Shown one piece after another: positions 62,506-64,000 of a stretch of 64,000 nt of DNA (positions are counted from its first letter, which is position 1; every line of letters begins with the position of its first letter). The notes below the pieces were generated by a model, which was not told where the DNA came from, did not search any database, and saw only the letters and a list, made by a program, of their open reading frames with translations. Both the position numbers and the translations under genes were made by a program. The stretch is from an uncultured SAR86 cluster bacterium (GTDB lineage: Bacteria > Pseudomonadota > Gammaproteobacteria > Magnimaribacterales > D2472): contig CACMIG010000001.1 of the NCBI GenBank assembly GCA_902613705.1, forward strand, positions 40,102 to 104,101, in the 5' to 3' direction.

Positions 62506-63104
62506 TATTTTTCAGGATATTTTGCAGTAAAAACTCTGTAATAGTCCTTAAGATCGCTAATATCTTTCATATTGTCACCCGAAGGAGTAAAAGCCTTACC
62601 AAGAAGTATTTCTTTTTTCGCAAAATCTAGAGATGCTGGAATTATTTTAGTATTTAATTCTTTTGCTATTCTTAAGAATCCTGTTTTCCATTCCTTTACT
62701 TTTGAACGGGTTCCTTCAGGAGATATTCCGATTAAAGAACTATTTATGTCTTTAATCTGATTAATTGCGTCTTTAATTATTCCTCCAGGTTTATTTCTAT
62801 CTACGGGTATTCCCCCCATATATCTTAAAAAAGCTCCAAGCCCATACTTAAATGCAGTGTGTTTGCCAATAAATGTAACTTTTGCATCAAGGCCAGCAAT
62901 TGCTGCAACCCCTAGAATCCCATCCCAGTTTGATGTATGTGGGGCAACAATTACTACAACTTTTTTTTCATTAAATTCGTCTGAAATTTTTCCATGAACT
63001 TTCCATCCGAGAGACGCTAAAACAAACCTACCCAGCCATTGAAGCGCTTTTGGTCGATATGCCCGAAAACTCTTCGGAATTTGTGAGCTTGAAACACTTT
63101 TCAT
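62502..63104 (-). CDS. Lysophospholipid acyltransferase (PlsC-like) family protein
   Basis: HX4D motif APHTSNWDG and block III SPEGTRS. 200 aa. Confidence 0.7.
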   Translation of the reverse strand: MKSVSSSQIPKSFRAYRPKALQWLGRFVLASLGWKVHGKISDEFNEKKVVVIVAPHTSNWDGILGVAAIAGLDAKVTFIGKHTAFKYGLGAFLRYMGGIPVDRNKPGGIIKDAINQIKDINSSLIGISPEGTRSKVKEWKTGFLRIAKELNTKIIPASLDFAKKEILLGKAFTPSGDNMKDISDLKDYYRVFTAKYPEKY

Positions 63105-63106
63105 TT

Positions 63107-63802
63107 TTAGACACTAGTTTTATTTAATTTATCTTTAATTAGATATGGCAAATATATTGAATAGCAAACAATTACAGCAAGAATATAGATATCAATCATA
63201 TGGTATGGCGCATCTCTCATAAAACCTGTTACATTTAAACCAGGTGGTTTTTCCATAACATACCAATAATTTGCTGGTGGTCCAAGTAAATAATTAATTG
63301 GATACATCAAAATTAAGAAAAAAGTTAACACTAATAGAACTCTGTGTACGTCTTTAAAATAAGGTCTTTGATTATCAACTATCATTGCATAACTTACGCC
63401 TAGTAAAATCATTGAGTGACCAATCATATGACGAACATAATCAATATGTGGGAATGAATATAAAACGTCTGGAGTTAATATAGCCATCCCTGCTCCAGAA
63501 ATTCCGGCAAAAAAAGCAAAGATAAAAAACTCTCTTCTCTGAGTTATAAGATAGAGCATGATAGATACGCAAGAAAAATCACATAGGTGAAGAGGCAATC
63601 CTAGCTTTATTTGTTGAGTATATCCCTCCCTATAAAAATCCAAACCTTGGTTTATTAATATAAAAATGAAAATTACTGCTATTACAAGTTTTTTCCATGT
63701 ATCACTCTTGTTCACAACAAATTTCGGTGAATAAACAATCATAGCAATGCATGCTATGGCAAAAATGATATGAGACGTATCTAATAAGCTAAATTCTGTC
63801 AT
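63107..63802 (-). CDS. YwaF/TIGR02206-like (TMEM164 family) integral membrane protein
   Basis: 231 aa with about 7 TM helices. LPLHLCDFS and the downstream His-containing helices match my recollection of this family. Confidence 0.5.
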   Translation of the reverse strand: MTEFSLLDTSHIIFAIACIAMIVYSPKFVVNKSDTWKKLVIAVIFIFILINQGLDFYREGYTQQIKLGLPLHLCDFSCVSIMLYLITQRREFFIFAFFAGISGAGMAILTPDVLYSFPHIDYVRHMIGHSMILLGVSYAMIVDNQRPYFKDVHRVLLVLTFFLILMYPINYLLGPPANYWYVMEKPPGLNVTGFMRDAPYHMIDIYILAVIVCYSIYLPYLIKDKLNKTSV

Positions 63803-63810
63803 TATTAGTA

Positions 63811-64000
63811 TTAGGCGTAAACCTTGCCAAAATCATTGTTTAGAAAATCATCCCAAGATAAAGATTCTTGTTTTGTAAAACCTTTGTTTGTAATTTTACC
63901 ATCAAGAAACATTTTAAGAGCGCTACATACCCCAGAGGCAGTCGTTAATTGAATAGCACTAAATTTTTCATCTCCGTATATTTTTCTTAAATAGGTTTTC
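63811..64000 (-). CDS. C-terminal fragment of a saccharopine dehydrogenase-family protein (possibly carboxynorspermidine or homospermidine related); 5' part outside the window
   Basis: Hand translation of the minus strand gives ...KTYLRKIYGDEKFSAIQLTTASGVCSALKMFLDGKITNKGFTKQESLSWDDFLNNDFGKVYA*. The TTASGV..A..L..GKI..KGF segment resembles the C-terminal domain of this family. Confidence 0.4.
   Translation of the reverse strand, partial: KTYLRKIYGDEKFSAIQLTTASGVCSALKMFLDGKITNKGFTKQESLSWDDFLNNDFGKVYA

Noticed and set aside
35809-62760. Other embedded ORFs of 62-120 aa from the track, e.g. 35809-36165(-), 40934-41296(+), 42101-42615(+), 61826-62143(-) and 62572-62760(+)
   Set aside because: Each lies wholly within a motif-supported gene on the other strand (proC, cysQ, phoA, DUF885, plsC-like). 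None has its own spacer, RBS or recognisable domain.
1-64000. CRISPR arrays, insertion sequences, transposases, integrases, prophage structural genes, toxin-antitoxin pairs and known defence-system genes
   Set aside because: I saw no regularly spaced repeats, terminal inverted repeats or recognisable mobile or defence protein motifs in any of the ORF translations.

Overview
The window is a 64-kb stretch of very AT-rich, very tightly packed bacterial chromosome. By my hand tally about 97% is coding, and I saw no rRNA, CRISPR array, transposase or integrase. The gene content includes rpoH, yqiB/yqiA, mutY-yggX, hspQ, ybjQ, lgt-thyA-folA, yggS-proC-yggT, metXW, lipBA, uvrD and a Vibrio-type TonB2 cluster. 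This points to a streamlined marine gammaproteobacterium; a SAR86-like lineage is only a guess.

I call about 75 CDS, one tRNA-Phe(GAA), one clear intrinsic terminator and a few candidate regulatory sites. All family assignments come from motif recognition by eye and from memory, not from searches.

Most of the window is ordinary core genome. The most interesting locus is at 53972-56089. A prolyl 4-hydroxylase-like 2OG oxygenase and a Skp1-type (Gnt1/PF11397-like) GlcNAc-transferase-like gene are transcribed divergently from a shared 43-bp spacer, and a phage-style MazG gene follows. This is a candidate cytoplasmic hydroxyproline-glycosylation system with no known bacterial substrate.

Other points worth a second look:
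- A eukaryote-like type II glutamine synthetase sits in the glnA slot upstream of ntrBC.
- An unassignable membrane protein next to tRNA-Phe is flanked by the two longest non-coding stretches in the window.
- An islet of three small ORFs carries a perfect 15-bp inverted repeat.
- Two ORFs shorter than 60 aa are translationally coupled to their neighbours and are missing from the ORF track.
- An ACE-like M2 peptidase lipoprotein is present.
- The TRAP transporter is split between two loci.
- 9 of 12 convergent gene junctions share a 4-nt overlapping double stop.
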